This document shows, piece by piece, positions 30,023-40,621 of a stretch of DNA of 64,000 nt. The position numbers and the translations under genes are program-made. The stretch is from contig CBDBZY010000038.1 in the NCBI GenBank assembly GCA_965213685.1, positions 51,279-115,278 of the forward strand, read 5' to 3'. Position 1 is the stretch's first letter. The number at the start of each line of letters is the position of its first letter. Source of the DNA: a bacterium. Lineage in GTDB: Bacteria; UBA8248. The notes under the pieces were generated by a model that saw nothing but the letters and a program-made list of their open reading frames with translations, was not told where the DNA came from and did no database searches.

Positions 30023-30943
30023 TCACGACGCCCCGGCGAGACGCTCGGCGGCGCGAAGCTTCGCGCTGCGGCTGCGCGGGTTTTCCCGCGCTTCCGCATC
30101 GCCGGGACGAACCACCTTCGGCGTCAGGACCCGGAGGGTCGGCCGCTCGCGCCGGGAGAGCTCCCGAAAGAGGTTTTTGACGATTCGGTCCTCGAGCGAA
30201 TGGAAGCTGATGACGACGATCCGCCCGCCCGGGCGCAGGAGGTCCACCGCGTCGCGCAAGGCGTCCTCCAGCGTCTCCAGCTCGCGGTTCACGGCGATCC
30301 GCAGCGCCTGGAACGTCCGGGTCGCGGGATGAATGCGCCGCCTTCTCCCGCGGTCGCCGCTCCTTCTGGCGACGACCGAGGCGATGAGCGCTGCGAGTTC
30401 ATCGCAACGCCCGACGCCTCCCATCGCGCGCGCACGCCCGATGGCGCGCGCAATGGCTCGGGAGTGGCGCTCTTCCCCGTATCGATAGATAAGATCGGCG
30501 AGGTCCTCCTCCGGCAGCCCGTTGACCAGCTCGGCGGCGGTCACGCCCCGGGACTGATCCATGCGCATGTCCAGAGGCGCGCGCGCGTCCATCCGAAATC
30601 CGCGCCCGGGCTGGTCGAGCTGCATCGAGGAACACCCCAGGTCAAACAAAACGCCATCCAGGGAGGCGTAGCCCTCCGCCGTCACGATGCGCCTCATTTC
30701 GCCATGATGGGCGTGGTGGATTCTGGCGGCGGGCCCATACTTCGCCAGCCGCTTGCGGCATGTTTCGACGGCATCCCCGTCCCGGTCCAGGCCGATCAGC
30801 ACACCCGATGGCTGAACCGCATCCAAAACCATGTCGCCGTGCCCCCCTCCGCCCAAGGTAGTATCTAAGAGCACGGCGCCCGGAGATGGCGACAGGAAGC
30901 GCAACACCTCCTGAACCAGGACCGGGACATGGAACGCCGTCAT
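30023..30943 (-). CDS. rsmH: 16S rRNA m4C1402 methyltransferase
   Basis: HVPVL, DTTLGGGGH, DLGCSSMQLD, PLDMRM, FQALRIAVN, SFHSLEDRIVK, RSRSAKLR. Confidence 0.97.
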   Translation of the reverse strand: MTAFHVPVLVQEVLRFLSPSPGAVLLDTTLGGGGHGDMVLDAVQPSGVLIGLDRDGDAVETCRKRLAKYGPAARIHHAHHGEMRRIVTAEGYASLDGVLFDLGCSSMQLDQPGRGFRMDARAPLDMRMDQSRGVTAAELVNGLPEEDLADLIYRYGEERHSRAIARAIGRARAMGGVGRCDELAALIASVVARRSGDRGRRRRIHPATRTFQALRIAVNRELETLEDALRDAVDLLRPGGRIVVISFHSLEDRIVKNLFRELSRRERPTLRVLTPKVVRPGDAEARENPRSRSAKLRAAERLAGAS

Positions 30944-31041
30944 ATGCGCATTCTCACCGCCGAGGCCGTCCCCGGCGGCGCTTCTCCCTGAAGCTGGTCT
31001 CTCCAGCGTGGCAAACACCTGCGCTCCCCCTTCGCGCCACA

Positions 31042-31506
31042 TCAGAATTCGAGATCGATGAAACCTTCCTCCAGCGCATCGCCGCCGCCATCGAGCGCGC
31101 CGGCACCTGCGTCCGTCTGCTCATCTGTCTCCTCGTCCCATCGCGCCCGACCCCAAATCTCGAACCGATCCTCGATGCCCACGATCACGGCCTCTTTCTC
31201 TATGCCGACAGCCGCGCGGAGCTTGGCGGGCAACAAAATTCGCCCCTGCCTGTCCAGCTCGCACGGAACCGCCCGCCCATACATCCTGCGGAGATAGCGG
31301 CGAACCTCCTTGCGGGAGGTGGGCAGGCTGCGAATTTTCTCGCTGAACCTGCGCTTCCACTCCGCCAGCGGGTAGGCGAAGATGCAGCCGTCCATGCCGA
31401 GGAGAACCACCTGGCCGCCGAACGTCGCGCCCAGATACTCCCGGAACCGGGCGGGAACGCTGACGCGCCCCTTCGCATCCACGGCGACGACGTGAGAACC
31501 AAACAT
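31042..31506 (-). CDS. mraZ: Transcriptional repressor MraZ
   Basis: VDAKGRVSVP and LDRQGRILLP repeats, FEIW; acidic C-terminal tail. Confidence 0.95.
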   Translation of the reverse strand: MFGSHVVAVDAKGRVSVPARFREYLGATFGGQVVLLGMDGCIFAYPLAEWKRRFSEKIRSLPTSRKEVRRYLRRMYGRAVPCELDRQGRILLPAKLRAAVGIEKEAVIVGIEDRFEIWGRARWDEETDEQTDAGAGALDGGGDALEEGFIDLEF

Positions 31507-31515
31507 CTCGGCATC

Positions 31516-31540
31516 TCCCATTCCTTCCCACAATATCCCA
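31516..31540 (-). promoter_or_regulatory. MraZ-binding repeats (3 x TGGGA at 10-bp period)
   Basis: TCCCA on the + strand at 31516, 31526 and 31536, between the promoter and the mraZ start. Confidence 0.85.
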
Positions 31541-31551
31541 CATATTTTTCA

Positions 31552-31580
31552 TTTATAGTCCGCTTCCGACGGAGTGTCAA
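31552..31580 (-). promoter_or_regulatory. dcw operon sigma70 promoter
   Basis: TTGACA-N17-TATAAA. Confidence 0.85.
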
Positions 31581-32028
31581 GAGCAAAGCGGAAGAGACTT
31601 TGAAAAAACAATTGTTTCTGGGAAAATAGCGGAGAAACCGTTTGAATGGCTAACAGATAGAAATCTAGAATTTACATCAGAAAATTATTTTTAAACAATT
31701 GAAATAAAAGCAAGAAAATATATTTGTGGTTGATAGTGGGAGAATAAAAGTCAAATCGAAAAAGAACGGTGCGGGTGGGTGAAAAAACCTTGCCAGGAAG
31801 AGAGAAGAACGAGGGTCAGCGGCTTCGAGGGTTTCGCCGGCGCGGCCGTGTGCAGGAGAAGCGCGGCCTTGCGCAGGACGCTTCGCCCGCCCGCGAATTA
31901 TCCCTGGGTATGCGGGATGGATGAGCGGACGGGCGCTGGGGAGCGCGAGGTTTCGTCGGCCAGGGAATCCGCGCCCGGAACAACACAACAAACCTCCCCG
32001 GGACCGGGCCGGGCGCGGATGCGGGAAA

Positions 32029-32901
32029 TCAGAAGCAGTGCTCCTCTCCGGGAAACGCGCCTTCGCGCACCTCCCGGCAGTAATGCGCTATCGCCTCTGT
32101 GGTCATCTGTCCGACGTCGGCGTACACCTTGGCGAATTTCGGGGTGAAATCGCGGAACAGGCGAAGCATGTCATGGGTGACGAGCACCTGGCCGTCGCAA
32201 TCGGGACCCGCGCCGATGCCAATGGTGGGAATGTCAACCTCCCGCGTCACGCGGGCGCCCAAAGCCGCCGGTATGCCCTCGAGCACGATGGAAAACGCAC
32301 CGCCCTCCTGCACGGCCACCGCGTCGCGCAACACCTGCGCGGCGCCCTCATCGGTTTTCCCCTGCACCCGGAAGCCGCCGAACGCATGGACGCTCTGGGG
32401 GGTGAGGCCGACGTGTCCCATCACAGGAATCTGGCTGTCCACCACCGCGCGTATTTCCTCTTTCACGCGAACGCCGCCCTCGAGCTTCACCGCCTCGGCG
32501 CACCCCTCGCGAATCAGGCGGCCGGCGTTCAGGATGGTGTCGCGCGCGCTGACGCCGAAGCTCAAGAAGGGCAAGTCCGCCACGAGCAGCGCCCTGGGAT
32601 GCGCGCGGCTCACCGCCCGGGTGTGGTGCACCATGTCATCCAGCGTAACCTTTGTCGTGTCCGGATATCCCAGAACCACCATTCCCAGGCTGTCGCCGAC
32701 CAGGATGACGTCCACGTCGGCCCCGTCCACGAGCTTCGCAGTGGGGTAGTCGTACGCGGTGACGGAGGTGACCTTTCTCCCCCCCTTGCGCGCGCGGATG
32801 GTGGCGGCGGTGATTTTTCTGCGCGCATTCCTGGGCGCGCCGTTTCCATTCCCGGGGGGGTTGCCGTTCGCATACGGCTGGGCGAGGCTTTTTGTGCTCA
32901 T
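32029..32901 (-). CDS. panB: Ketopantoate hydroxymethyltransferase
   Basis: TAYDYP, LVGDSLGM, VKLEGG, GHVGLTPQS, GIGAG..CDGQVLV; AAGGAG RBS. Confidence 0.97.
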   Translation of the reverse strand: MSTKSLAQPYANGNPPGNGNGAPRNARRKITAATIRARKGGRKVTSVTAYDYPTAKLVDGADVDVILVGDSLGMVVLGYPDTTKVTLDDMVHHTRAVSRAHPRALLVADLPFLSFGVSARDTILNAGRLIREGCAEAVKLEGGVRVKEEIRAVVDSQIPVMGHVGLTPQSVHAFGGFRVQGKTDEGAAQVLRDAVAVQEGGAFSIVLEGIPAALGARVTREVDIPTIGIGAGPDCDGQVLVTHDMLRLFRDFTPKFAKVYADVGQMTTEAIAHYCREVREGAFPGEEHCF

Positions 32902-33001
32902 GGTCGCTCCTTTGTGGGTGAACGCCTGTTGCGGTGCCGGTTTCGGGGTACGGTTCCTGCGTCCATGTCCAGGGCGCGAAGGCTCCCGGCATGAGAGGAA
33001 A

Positions 33002-33030
33002 AGACTAGGGGTTCCGCCTCCCCCTGTCAA
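33002..33030 (-). promoter_or_regulatory. panB promoter
   Basis: TTGACA-N17-TAGTCT, giving a ~95-nt leader. Confidence 0.65.
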
Positions 33031-33999
33031 CACGCGCGCCGCCCCCTGCCCGCGCGGAGGAAGGCTGGGTCTCCAGAGCCAGGATTTTGTAATACAAAGA
33101 CTTATGGGCAGGCATGGAAACGCCTCGCGCATCCGCGCGTTCGAGGAGGCGGCCCGTGACCTCCCGTATCTCGCTTCTGCGGCCGCGCATGAAATCCTGC
33201 CACATGGAGTTTCGGTTGCCGGCCGTGGCCCGGGCGACCTCCCGAACGACCTCGAGGACGCCGATCGCCATCCCCTCCGCATCGACGAGCCTCTGCAGCT
33301 CCCCGGCCAGTGCCTCTACCCGCGCGGCGGCGGAGGGCGTATCCAGCAGCGCGCCGTTTTTCAATTCCAGGAGCACTCCCAGGGGATTGATGACCGCGTT
33401 GGCCACCGCCTTTCTCCATTCCGCCTCTTTCGCATCGCGCTCCCGGCGGACGCGAACCCCTGCAGTCTGGAGAAACTCCGCCAGCCGCCCGACGCTCTGT
33501 GCGCCCCCCGGGCCCGGGGCGAGCGTGACCTCCAGTGCGCCGAACTGGTTCAGGCGCCCGGGGCGCGTGATTTCGGCGCCCGTGTGGACGAGTCCCCGGA
33601 CGAGCCCGCACTCCCGATACGCGGAGGGGAGATTCTCGCAGACGTCCAGTCCGTTCGAGAAAACGGCCGCGACGGTTCCCGTGCCCCGCCATCCTCGTCA
33701 AATTCGCGGGCGGCGTCCCGCACCTCTCCCGCCTTGACGGTGAAAAGGAGGTGGGAGGCCACGAGGTCGCGGGCGCCCCTGCGCACCAGGGGGCGGGGCC
33801 GCGCAGGGCGCCTCCCCGTGAACGCGGACGCCGCCCGTCGCTATCGCATCCAGGTGGGCGCGCGTCTCGGGGCCGGGGTCCGAGGAGCCCGCCAGACAGA
33901 TTCTCCGGTCGCGGGCGCCATTCCGCCAGTCGCGCCGCGAATCATGGTTCCCACGGCTCCGGGACCCACGACGACGATGGGGGCTGCGCCTTCGGCCAA
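33005..33999 (-). CDS. panE: Ketopantoate reductase (multiple frameshifts)
   Basis: Fragments across frames: IVVVGPGAVG, LLFTVKA, W.KAVANAVINPL, NSMWQD...GRRSEI; adjacent to panB. Confidence 0.8.
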
Positions 34000-34012
34000 A
34001 GGAAGCCTCGCC

Positions 34013-34883
34013 CTAGCCGCCCAGGGGAGCGCCAAAGAAGCAGGCCGCCCACGAGGAGGAAGACGAAGGAGAGAAACATTTTCATTTTCTCGCCATCGAC
34101 CCGGTTGTTGATGAACGGGGATATCTGTCCGCCGCAGGCGACGGCGGGAATCGTCATGAACAGGATGTTCCAGTGCACGCTCACCTCGCCGGACGAAAAA
34201 CACGTAGGCGTGCACCAGGGTTGGCCGGCAGCACCCGTCGCGAAGAACGATGAGAATTCCCGTCCCCACCGCCACCCGAAACGGGCAGCCTGTCTTTCAC
34301 GACCAGGGTGGTGGTCGTGAGCTCGCCGATGCCAATGCCCGTGAACCCCACGAGGATGCCGCCCCAGGGCCGACCAGCCGTAGCCGAAGAGCCCGTGCTC
34401 GTAGCGATACCAGTATCTGCGGCCCATCGCGTCGATGCGGACGGGCGCGCCGGCCCCCTCCGCCTGTTCGGCCTCGGGAATTCCGCCCTGGATGTAGGCG
34501 AACAGCATGGCGACGGCGAGAAGCACCATCATCGCGCCCAGCAGACCCAAAATGATTTTCGCAGGGACGGAATGCGCCAGGAAGCCGAACGCCATCCCTG
34601 CGGGCACGGACACGACAAGCACCTTCCGGGCGATGTCGAAATCCCACCAGCTCTTCTTCTGACGTAGCCCGTGAGCGCGCTACCGAAGCCGAAAATTTCG
34701 ATGGAGAGCGCCAGAAACACGGCCTCCCAGGGGAGCGATGGACACATCCGCCACCCAGGGGAAGAGGAGGATGAATATGGGCGCGAAGAAAACCGCCCCC
34801 TCCACGCTCGTGCTCGTCGCCGTGAGGCATACGCAGAACGCGACGGGCAGCATCCACCAAAACTCAAATATGTATCCCAACAA
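34013..34883 (-). CDS. TSUP (TauE/SafE) family membrane transporter (multiple frameshifts)
   Basis: Hydrophobic fragments: VEGAVFFAPIF, IEIFGFGSAL.GY, VHWNILFMTIPAVACGGQI, MKMFLSFVFLLVG. Confidence 0.75.
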
Positions 34884-34995
34884 GACGCTCCCCCCTCCCT
34901 GTCCACGCCAAATTCACGGAAAGCGGCCCGCGCGGGCCGAGCGTCCGGGCGGGGCGGCTGCGGGCGGGTATGATCCGCGCGCAAGAGAGAGCCTC

Positions 34996-35878
34996 TTACG
35001 GGGCGACGCTCCCCCGACCGATGGCCTCCCCCATGCGCACCGCCTCGACGGCCGCCCGCACGTCGTGGGTGCGGACCATGTCCGCACCGCCCATCACGGC
35101 GAAAGCCTCGGCGACTTTCGAGCCGACGAGCCGCGCACGGGCCGCCTCGACCATCGTGGCCGCCCCGATGAACGCCTTTCTGGAAACGCCGACGACCACC
35201 GGCCAGCCCAGATTCGTCAGGACGTGCATTCGCCGCAATATCTCCAGGTTGTGATCCCACGATTTCCCAAACCCGATGCCCGGGTCGATCAGGACGGAGG
35301 CGATTCCGTCCCGCTCGGCGGCGCGCGCCCTTCGGCGCAGGCAGCGCGACACCTCGCCCGCGACGTCCCGATACTCCGGATTCTCCTGCATCGTCCGGGG
35401 GCGCCCCCCGCATGTGCATGGCGATGGCCGCCGCGCCGAACTCCGCGACCACCGCGCGCATCCTCGGGTCGCAGAGACCGGTGACGTCGTTCACGATGTG
35501 CGCGCCGGCGCCCAGGGCGGCCCGCGCCACGGCGACCTTCGAGGTGTCCACCGAGACGAGGGGCCCCGCCTCCATGTCCATGCGCTCCAGAATCGGCATG
35601 ATGCGCCCGATCTCCTCCGCCGCATCCACCGCCCCCGAGCCGGGCCGCGTGCTCTCGCCGCCGACGTCGATGACGTCGGCTCCCTCCTCCGTCATCCGGG
35701 CAATCTGCTCGAGTGCCCGCGCGGCGTCCAGAAACGCGCCGCCGTCGGAGAAGCTGTCCGGGGTGGCGTTCAGGACGCCCATGACCCGCACCCGCCCGAA
35801 ATCCAGCGTCCGCCCGCGGCACTTCACCGGTGGCGCGGAGGCCCGCCTCGCGGAGGTGAAGCGCAGGCACCCTCTCAC
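34996..35878 (-). CDS. folP: Dihydropteroate synthase (frameshift near 35400)
   Basis: MGVLNATPDSFSDGG, DVGGESTRPG, SVDT, NDV, MHMRG; then DPGIGFGK, GVSRK, VRTHDV. Confidence 0.94.
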
Positions 35879-37314
35879 GGGAGCGCCTCGGCCGGAAAAG
35901 CGGAGCCGCTCTCCAGCATCCGCTCCTCGCTCACCCAGCGGCGCCTCAACTCCCCGGCCAGGAACATCGACCCCGTGACGACGACGAGGTCCTCCTCCCC
36001 CGCCCGGGCGAGCGCCTCATCCAGCGCCTCCCATGGGTCCATGTGCACCTCCGTCCGGCCGGCGCCCGCCCTTTCGAGCGCGAGAGAGAGAACGTCCGGC
36101 GCCAGGCCGGGCCTGGGCGCGCCCGCCGGGGGAAGCGTCAGGAAAAACAGGTCGCCCACGGCGGCGAAAACCTCCGCCATTCCCGCAAAATCCTTGTCGC
36201 CCACCACTCCGAGAACGAAGAGGACGCGCCCCGAAACCCCTTCGTCCCGGATGCCCTCCGCCAGGGCGCGCGCCTTGTCGCGGTTGTGCGCGCCGTCGAG
36301 CAGCACCTGCGGGCCGGCCTGCACCCACTCCATCCGGCACGGCAGACGCGCAGAGGCGACGCCACGGCGCACCTCCGGCTCCCCCAGGCCCAGCAATCTG
36401 CCCGCACCGGCGGCGAGGCGCGCGTTTTGCGTCTGGTGGGCGCCGGCCATGCGGGTGGAGAAACCCTCCCACCGGCTCCCGTCGTCGAACGCCAGGTCGA
36501 ACGAAGCGCCGCGGGAGCGCAGCTTCGTGTTTTCCAGGCGCGGCGGCGCGCACAGGAGGGCGCCGCGACGGGCGGCGGCGCGCTCGACCTCCGCCCTCGC
36601 CTCCGGCGGCAGCGCCTGCGAGATGACGCGGCCATTCTCCGTGATGATGCCGGCCTTGTCGCGCGCTATCCGCGCGAGCGAATCGCCAAGCAGCTCGGTA
36701 TGATCCAGCCCGACCGACGCAATGACGTCGAGGGCGGCCGGGCCCACGGCGTTCGTGGCGTCAAACGCCCCGCCCAGCCCCGCCTCCAGAACAAGACATT
36801 CGCACTCCGCCTCCCTGGCCATCAAAAGCAGAAGGGCGAGGGTCGCCTCAAAGAACGAAGGGGGCCCGAACGCGGGCTCGGCCGCCATCCGGGCGGCCGC
36901 CTCTGCCAGCTCCCGCGCGCATCGCCCGATGCGCTCCGCCTCCGCGAAGCGGCCCCCGATCCAGAAGCGCTCGACTATCGAGGTGAGGTGGGGCGAGAAA
37001 AACGCCGCCGTTCTCCTGCCCGACGCCAGGAGAGACTCCGCTATCATCAGCGCGGTGGAGCCCTTGCCGCTCGTCCCCACAACGTGCACGACGGACTGCC
37101 CCTCTTCGGGCACCCCGAGGATTTCATGCAGCCGCCTGGCCCGGGCAAGCCCCGGGCCCTCTATCCGCACCCCGCGCGCGTCCAGACGCGGGCGCCAGGA
37201 TTTCTTGGGCGTCGCGGCCAGGGTGCCCAGGAATCCCTCGACGCGCCGCAGCGTCTCGGACGGGGCGAGCGAATCCTCCAGCACAGGAGCAGCGATGAGA
37301 TTCGGGGGGGACAT
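35875..37314 (-). CDS. folC: Folylpolyglutamate/dihydrofolate synthase
   Basis: HVVGTSGKGS, SPHL, EAGLGGAFDATN, GLDH...LG, LDGAHN, TGSMFLAG. Confidence 0.93.
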   Translation of the reverse strand: MSPPNLIAAPVLEDSLAPSETLRRVEGFLGTLAATPKKSWRPRLDARGVRIEGPGLARARRLHEILGVPEEGQSVVHVVGTSGKGSTALMIAESLLASGRRTAAFFSPHLTSIVERFWIGGRFAEAERIGRCARELAEAAARMAAEPAFGPPSFFEATLALLLLMAREAECECLVLEAGLGGAFDATNAVGPAALDVIASVGLDHTELLGDSLARIARDKAGIITENGRVISQALPPEARAEVERAAARRGALLCAPPRLENTKLRSRGASFDLAFDDGSRWEGFSTRMAGAHQTQNARLAAGAGRLLGLGEPEVRRGVASARLPCRMEWVQAGPQVLLDGAHNRDKARALAEGIRDEGVSGRVLFVLGVVGDKDFAGMAEVFAAVGDLFFLTLPPAGAPRPGLAPDVLSLALERAGAGRTEVHMDPWEALDEALARAGEEDLVVVTGSMFLAGELRRRWVSEERMLESGSAFPAEALP

Positions 37315-37315
37315 T

Positions 37316-38854
37316 TCAGTGCCGGAAATGGCGTCTGCCCGTAAAGACCATGGCGATGTCGCGCTCGGCGGCCGCCCGGATGACCTCTTCATCGCGCACG
37401 GAGCCGCCCGGCTGGGCAATCGCGCGCACCCCGTGGGAGGCCGCGGCGTCCACTCCGTCGCGGAACGGGAAGAAGGCGTCCGATCCCAGGGCGCAGCCCT
37501 CGAGCGGCAAGACGGCGCGCCCGGCGGCCAGGCGGGTGGCGTCCACCCGGCTCATCTGGCCCGCGCCCACGCCCACGGTGCCGTTCGGATCCGCCATGAC
37601 GATGGCGTTGCTCTTCACGTGGCGCGCCACGCGCCAGGCGAGCGCCAGCGCCTTCGCCTCGTCCGGCGCGGGGGCGCGGGGGGTGACGACATCCCAGCGA
37701 AACTCCTCGGTCGAGAGACGATCGCGCTCCTGCAGAAGAACTCCGCCGGGCACCGAGCGCATGTCGTGGCCCGCCGGGGCGGAATCGCCCAGACCCGGAA
37801 GGCGCAGGATTCGGAGATTTTTTTTCCGCCGCATGAGGGAGAGCGCGTCGTCGTCAAAATCCGGCGCAACCACCGCCTCTACGAAGAGTTTTCTCATGGC
37901 CTCGGCCACATCCGCATCGACCTTTCGGTTGAAGCCGACCACGCTGCCGAAGGCCGAGACGGGATCGCACGCGAGGGCGCGCTCGTAGGCGGCCGCCTGG
38001 GAGCGTCCCAAGCCCACGCCGCACGGATTGGTGTGCTTGATGATGACGCAGGCGACCCCCTCCAGATCGTTCGCCAGCTCGGCGGCGGCGGCGGCGTCCA
38101 GGAGGTTGTTGAACGAGAGCTCCTTTCCGCCCAGGACTTCCGCATCGCAAAGGGAGAACCCGGCGGGGCCGTCCAGCCGATACAGCGCGCCCCTCTGGTG
38201 GGGGTTTTCCCCGTAGCGAAGGGTCTGCGCGCGGCGGAGGACGACGTCGATTCGCTCGGGGAGCGGCTCTTCGGCGCCGGTGCCCAGATAGCCGGCGATA
38301 GCGTCGTCGTAGCGCGCGGTGTGGCGAAACGCCTTGCGGGCCAGGCCCGCCAGCCAATCAGACGGAAAATTTCCCCCGCCTCCCAGGTGCCCGATGGCGT
38401 CCGGGTAGTCGGCCGGGTCCACGAGCACGGCCACGCGCCCGTGGTTTTTGGACGCCGCGCGCACCATGGCGGGGCCGCCGATGTCGATTTGCTCGACGGC
38501 CTTCGCCCGCGTGACGCCGGCTCTGGCGACCGTCTCCCGGAACGGGTAGAGGTTCACCGCCACCAGGTCGATGGGCGCGATGCCGTTCGCCCGCATCTCC
38601 GCCTCGTGGCCGGGCAGCACCGCCAGGATGCCGCCCAGAATCTTCGGGTGCAGCGTCTTGACGCGCCCGTCCATGATCTCCGGATGCCCCGTATAATCGG
38701 AAACCTCCCGCACGGGGATTCCCGCGTCGCGCAGCACCCTCGCCGTGCCGCCCGTGGAGAGCACCTCCCAGCCCGCCCCGTCCAGGGCGGCGGCGAGGGC
38801 CGCGACGCCCGTCTTGTCGCTCACGCTGATGAGGGCGCGGCGCCTCTCTCCCAC
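37316..38854 (-). CDS. purH: AICAR transformylase/IMP cyclohydrolase
   Basis: ALISVSDK, GRVKTLHP, IDIGGP, LRYGENPHQ, KSNA, SDAFFPF, QPGGS, RHFRH. Confidence 0.98.
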   Translation of the reverse strand: MGERRRALISVSDKTGVAALAAALDGAGWEVLSTGGTARVLRDAGIPVREVSDYTGHPEIMDGRVKTLHPKILGGILAVLPGHEAEMRANGIAPIDLVAVNLYPFRETVARAGVTRAKAVEQIDIGGPAMVRAASKNHGRVAVLVDPADYPDAIGHLGGGGNFPSDWLAGLARKAFRHTARYDDAIAGYLGTGAEEPLPERIDVVLRRAQTLRYGENPHQRGALYRLDGPAGFSLCDAEVLGGKELSFNNLLDAAAAAELANDLEGVACVIIKHTNPCGVGLGRSQAAAYERALACDPVSAFGSVVGFNRKVDADVAEAMRKLFVEAVVAPDFDDDALSLMRRKKNLRILRLPGLGDSAPAGHDMRSVPGGVLLQERDRLSTEEFRWDVVTPRAPAPDEAKALALAWRVARHVKSNAIVMADPNGTVGVGAGQMSRVDATRLAAGRAVLPLEGCALGSDAFFPFRDGVDAAASHGVRAIAQPGGSVRDEEVIRAAAERDIAMVFTGRRHFRH

Positions 38855-38857
38855 GGC

Positions 38858-40114
38858 CTACGCCTCCTCCCGGCGCACTTCATACCCTTCTTGCAGCAGA
38901 ATCTGCATCAGCCTCTCCAGGTGCTCCCGCCCGCGCACCTCCATGTGGAGGGTGGAGAGGGTATGGTTGATGGGCACTTCCGTCGAAAGCCTGTCATGCT
39001 CGATATGGATGATGTTCACCCGGCAGTCGGCCACGATCTTGGACAGCCGCATCAGCGCGCCGGGCGCGTCGTGGAGCGGCACCTGTATGCGCGCGTAGCG
39101 GTTCGCGAGGGCCAGACCTTTGCCGATGATGCGCGAGAGGAGGTTGACGTCGAGGTTTCCGCCGCTGACCAGGGAGACGACCTTCCCGCTTACCCTCGTC
39201 TTTCTCTCGATGAGCGCCGCCAGCGAGGAGGCGCCCGCCGCCTCGACCAGCATCCGCTCCCGCTCCAGAAGCCCCAGAATGGCGTTCGCCATCGCGTCGT
39301 CGGAGACCGAGACCACCTGATCCACCAACTCCTGGATCAGGGGAAAGCAAATTCCCCCGATTCTCTTGACGGCGATTCCGTCCGCAATCGTCTGGACCGC
39401 CTCCGACTCGATGATTCTTCCCGCATCCAGGGAGCGCACGAGCGAGGCGGCGCCCTCGGCCACCACGCCGATGACGCGCACGTCGGGCTTGCGCGTCTTC
39501 ACCACCGCGGCCAGACCCGAGATGAGACCGCCCCCTCCGACGGGGACGAGGATGGTGCCCGCATCCGGCACCTCCTCGAGTATCTCCAGACCGAGCGTGC
39601 CCTGGCCCGCGATGACGTCGAGGTGGTCAAAGGGAGGTATCATCTTCAGGCCGCGCTCTTTTTCGTGGGCGCGGGCGCGCTCATAGGCGTCATCAAAGGA
39701 GGAGCCGAACAACTCCGTCTCGGCGCCCAGGGCGGTCACGGCGTCGAGCTTGGTGTTCGGCGTGGACTCCGGCATCACCACCAGGGCCTTGACGCCCAGC
39801 TGTTTCGCCGCGAAGGCGACGCCCTGGGCGTGGTTTCCCGCACTGGCGGTGACGACGCCCCACCGGTGCTGCGCGGGCGCCAGCTTTTGCAGCGCATATA
39901 TGCCGCCGCGCACCTTGAAGGAGCCCGTCCGCTGAAAATTCTCCGGCTTGAGGTAAATCTCGACCCCCAGCTGCTCGGAGAAATGCTCGGTAAGGCGGGC
40001 GGGAGTCGGCCGCAAATAAGGCGATACCGCCTCGGCCGCCCGGCTCGCCTCGGCAGCGATGAGCGATGGCTCCAGCGCCCCTCGTGACGTCCCGGATTCC
40101 GTTTTCATGCGCAT
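38858..40114 (-). CDS. ilvA: Threonine ammonia-lyase with a single C-terminal ACT domain
   Basis: ENFQRTGSFKVRG, ASAGNHAQG, PVGGGGL, SGGN; ACT domain D.PGAL...NI..IEHDR. Confidence 0.93.
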   Translation of the reverse strand: MRMKTESGTSRGALEPSLIAAEASRAAEAVSPYLRPTPARLTEHFSEQLGVEIYLKPENFQRTGSFKVRGGIYALQKLAPAQHRWGVVTASAGNHAQGVAFAAKQLGVKALVVMPESTPNTKLDAVTALGAETELFGSSFDDAYERARAHEKERGLKMIPPFDHLDVIAGQGTLGLEILEEVPDAGTILVPVGGGGLISGLAAVVKTRKPDVRVIGVVAEGAASLVRSLDAGRIIESEAVQTIADGIAVKRIGGICFPLIQELVDQVVSVSDDAMANAILGLLERERMLVEAAGASSLAALIERKTRVSGKVVSLVSGGNLDVNLLSRIIGKGLALANRYARIQVPLHDAPGALMRLSKIVADCRVNIIHIEHDRLSTEVPINHTLSTLHMEVRGREHLERLMQILLQEGYEVRREEA

Positions 40115-40251
40115 TCTTCTTCCTGTTCCAGCGGAAACGCGGCGCACGCCGCCTCCGCTCCGGGGCCTGTGCCCCGCCCGTTTTTCCCCGGGGGACGGGC
40201 GCATCGGCGGGGGCTTTCTCAGCCTCCCGAAGCGCATCCTGGAGCCGTGCA

Positions 40252-40621
40252 GCCGGAGCGGGCCTGTAAGCCGGGTTCTGTCACCCGCCCGACGGGCGGG
40301 TCCGCGGCCATCTATCTGGGACGATGGTTGCCCACCGCCTCAAGCAGCCTACCCGGGGATATCGGACGGGCCGCCCTCAAGCATCCCCTTATTTGGCCTT
40401 GCTCCAGGTGGGGTTTACCAAGCCAGCCCGGTCGCCCGGGCTGCTGGTGCGCTCTTACCGCACCTTTTCACCCTTACCCCGCCCGCGGGCGAGGCGGTTT
40501 GTTTTCTGTGGCACTTTCCCGAGGGTCGCCCCTGGTGGACGTTATCCACCACCCTGCCCTGCGGAGCCCGGACTTTCCTCCCGCAGACGACGCTGCGCGC
40601 GGCCGCGCAGCCCGCTCCGGC
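40252..40621 (-). ncRNA. rnpB: RNase P RNA (bacterial type A)
   Basis: GAGGAAAGTCCGGGCTCC near the 5' end, GGTAAGAGCGCACC, ACAGAACCCGGCTTA at the 3' end; P1 GCCGGAGCGGGC/GCCCGCTCCGGC. Confidence 0.97.
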
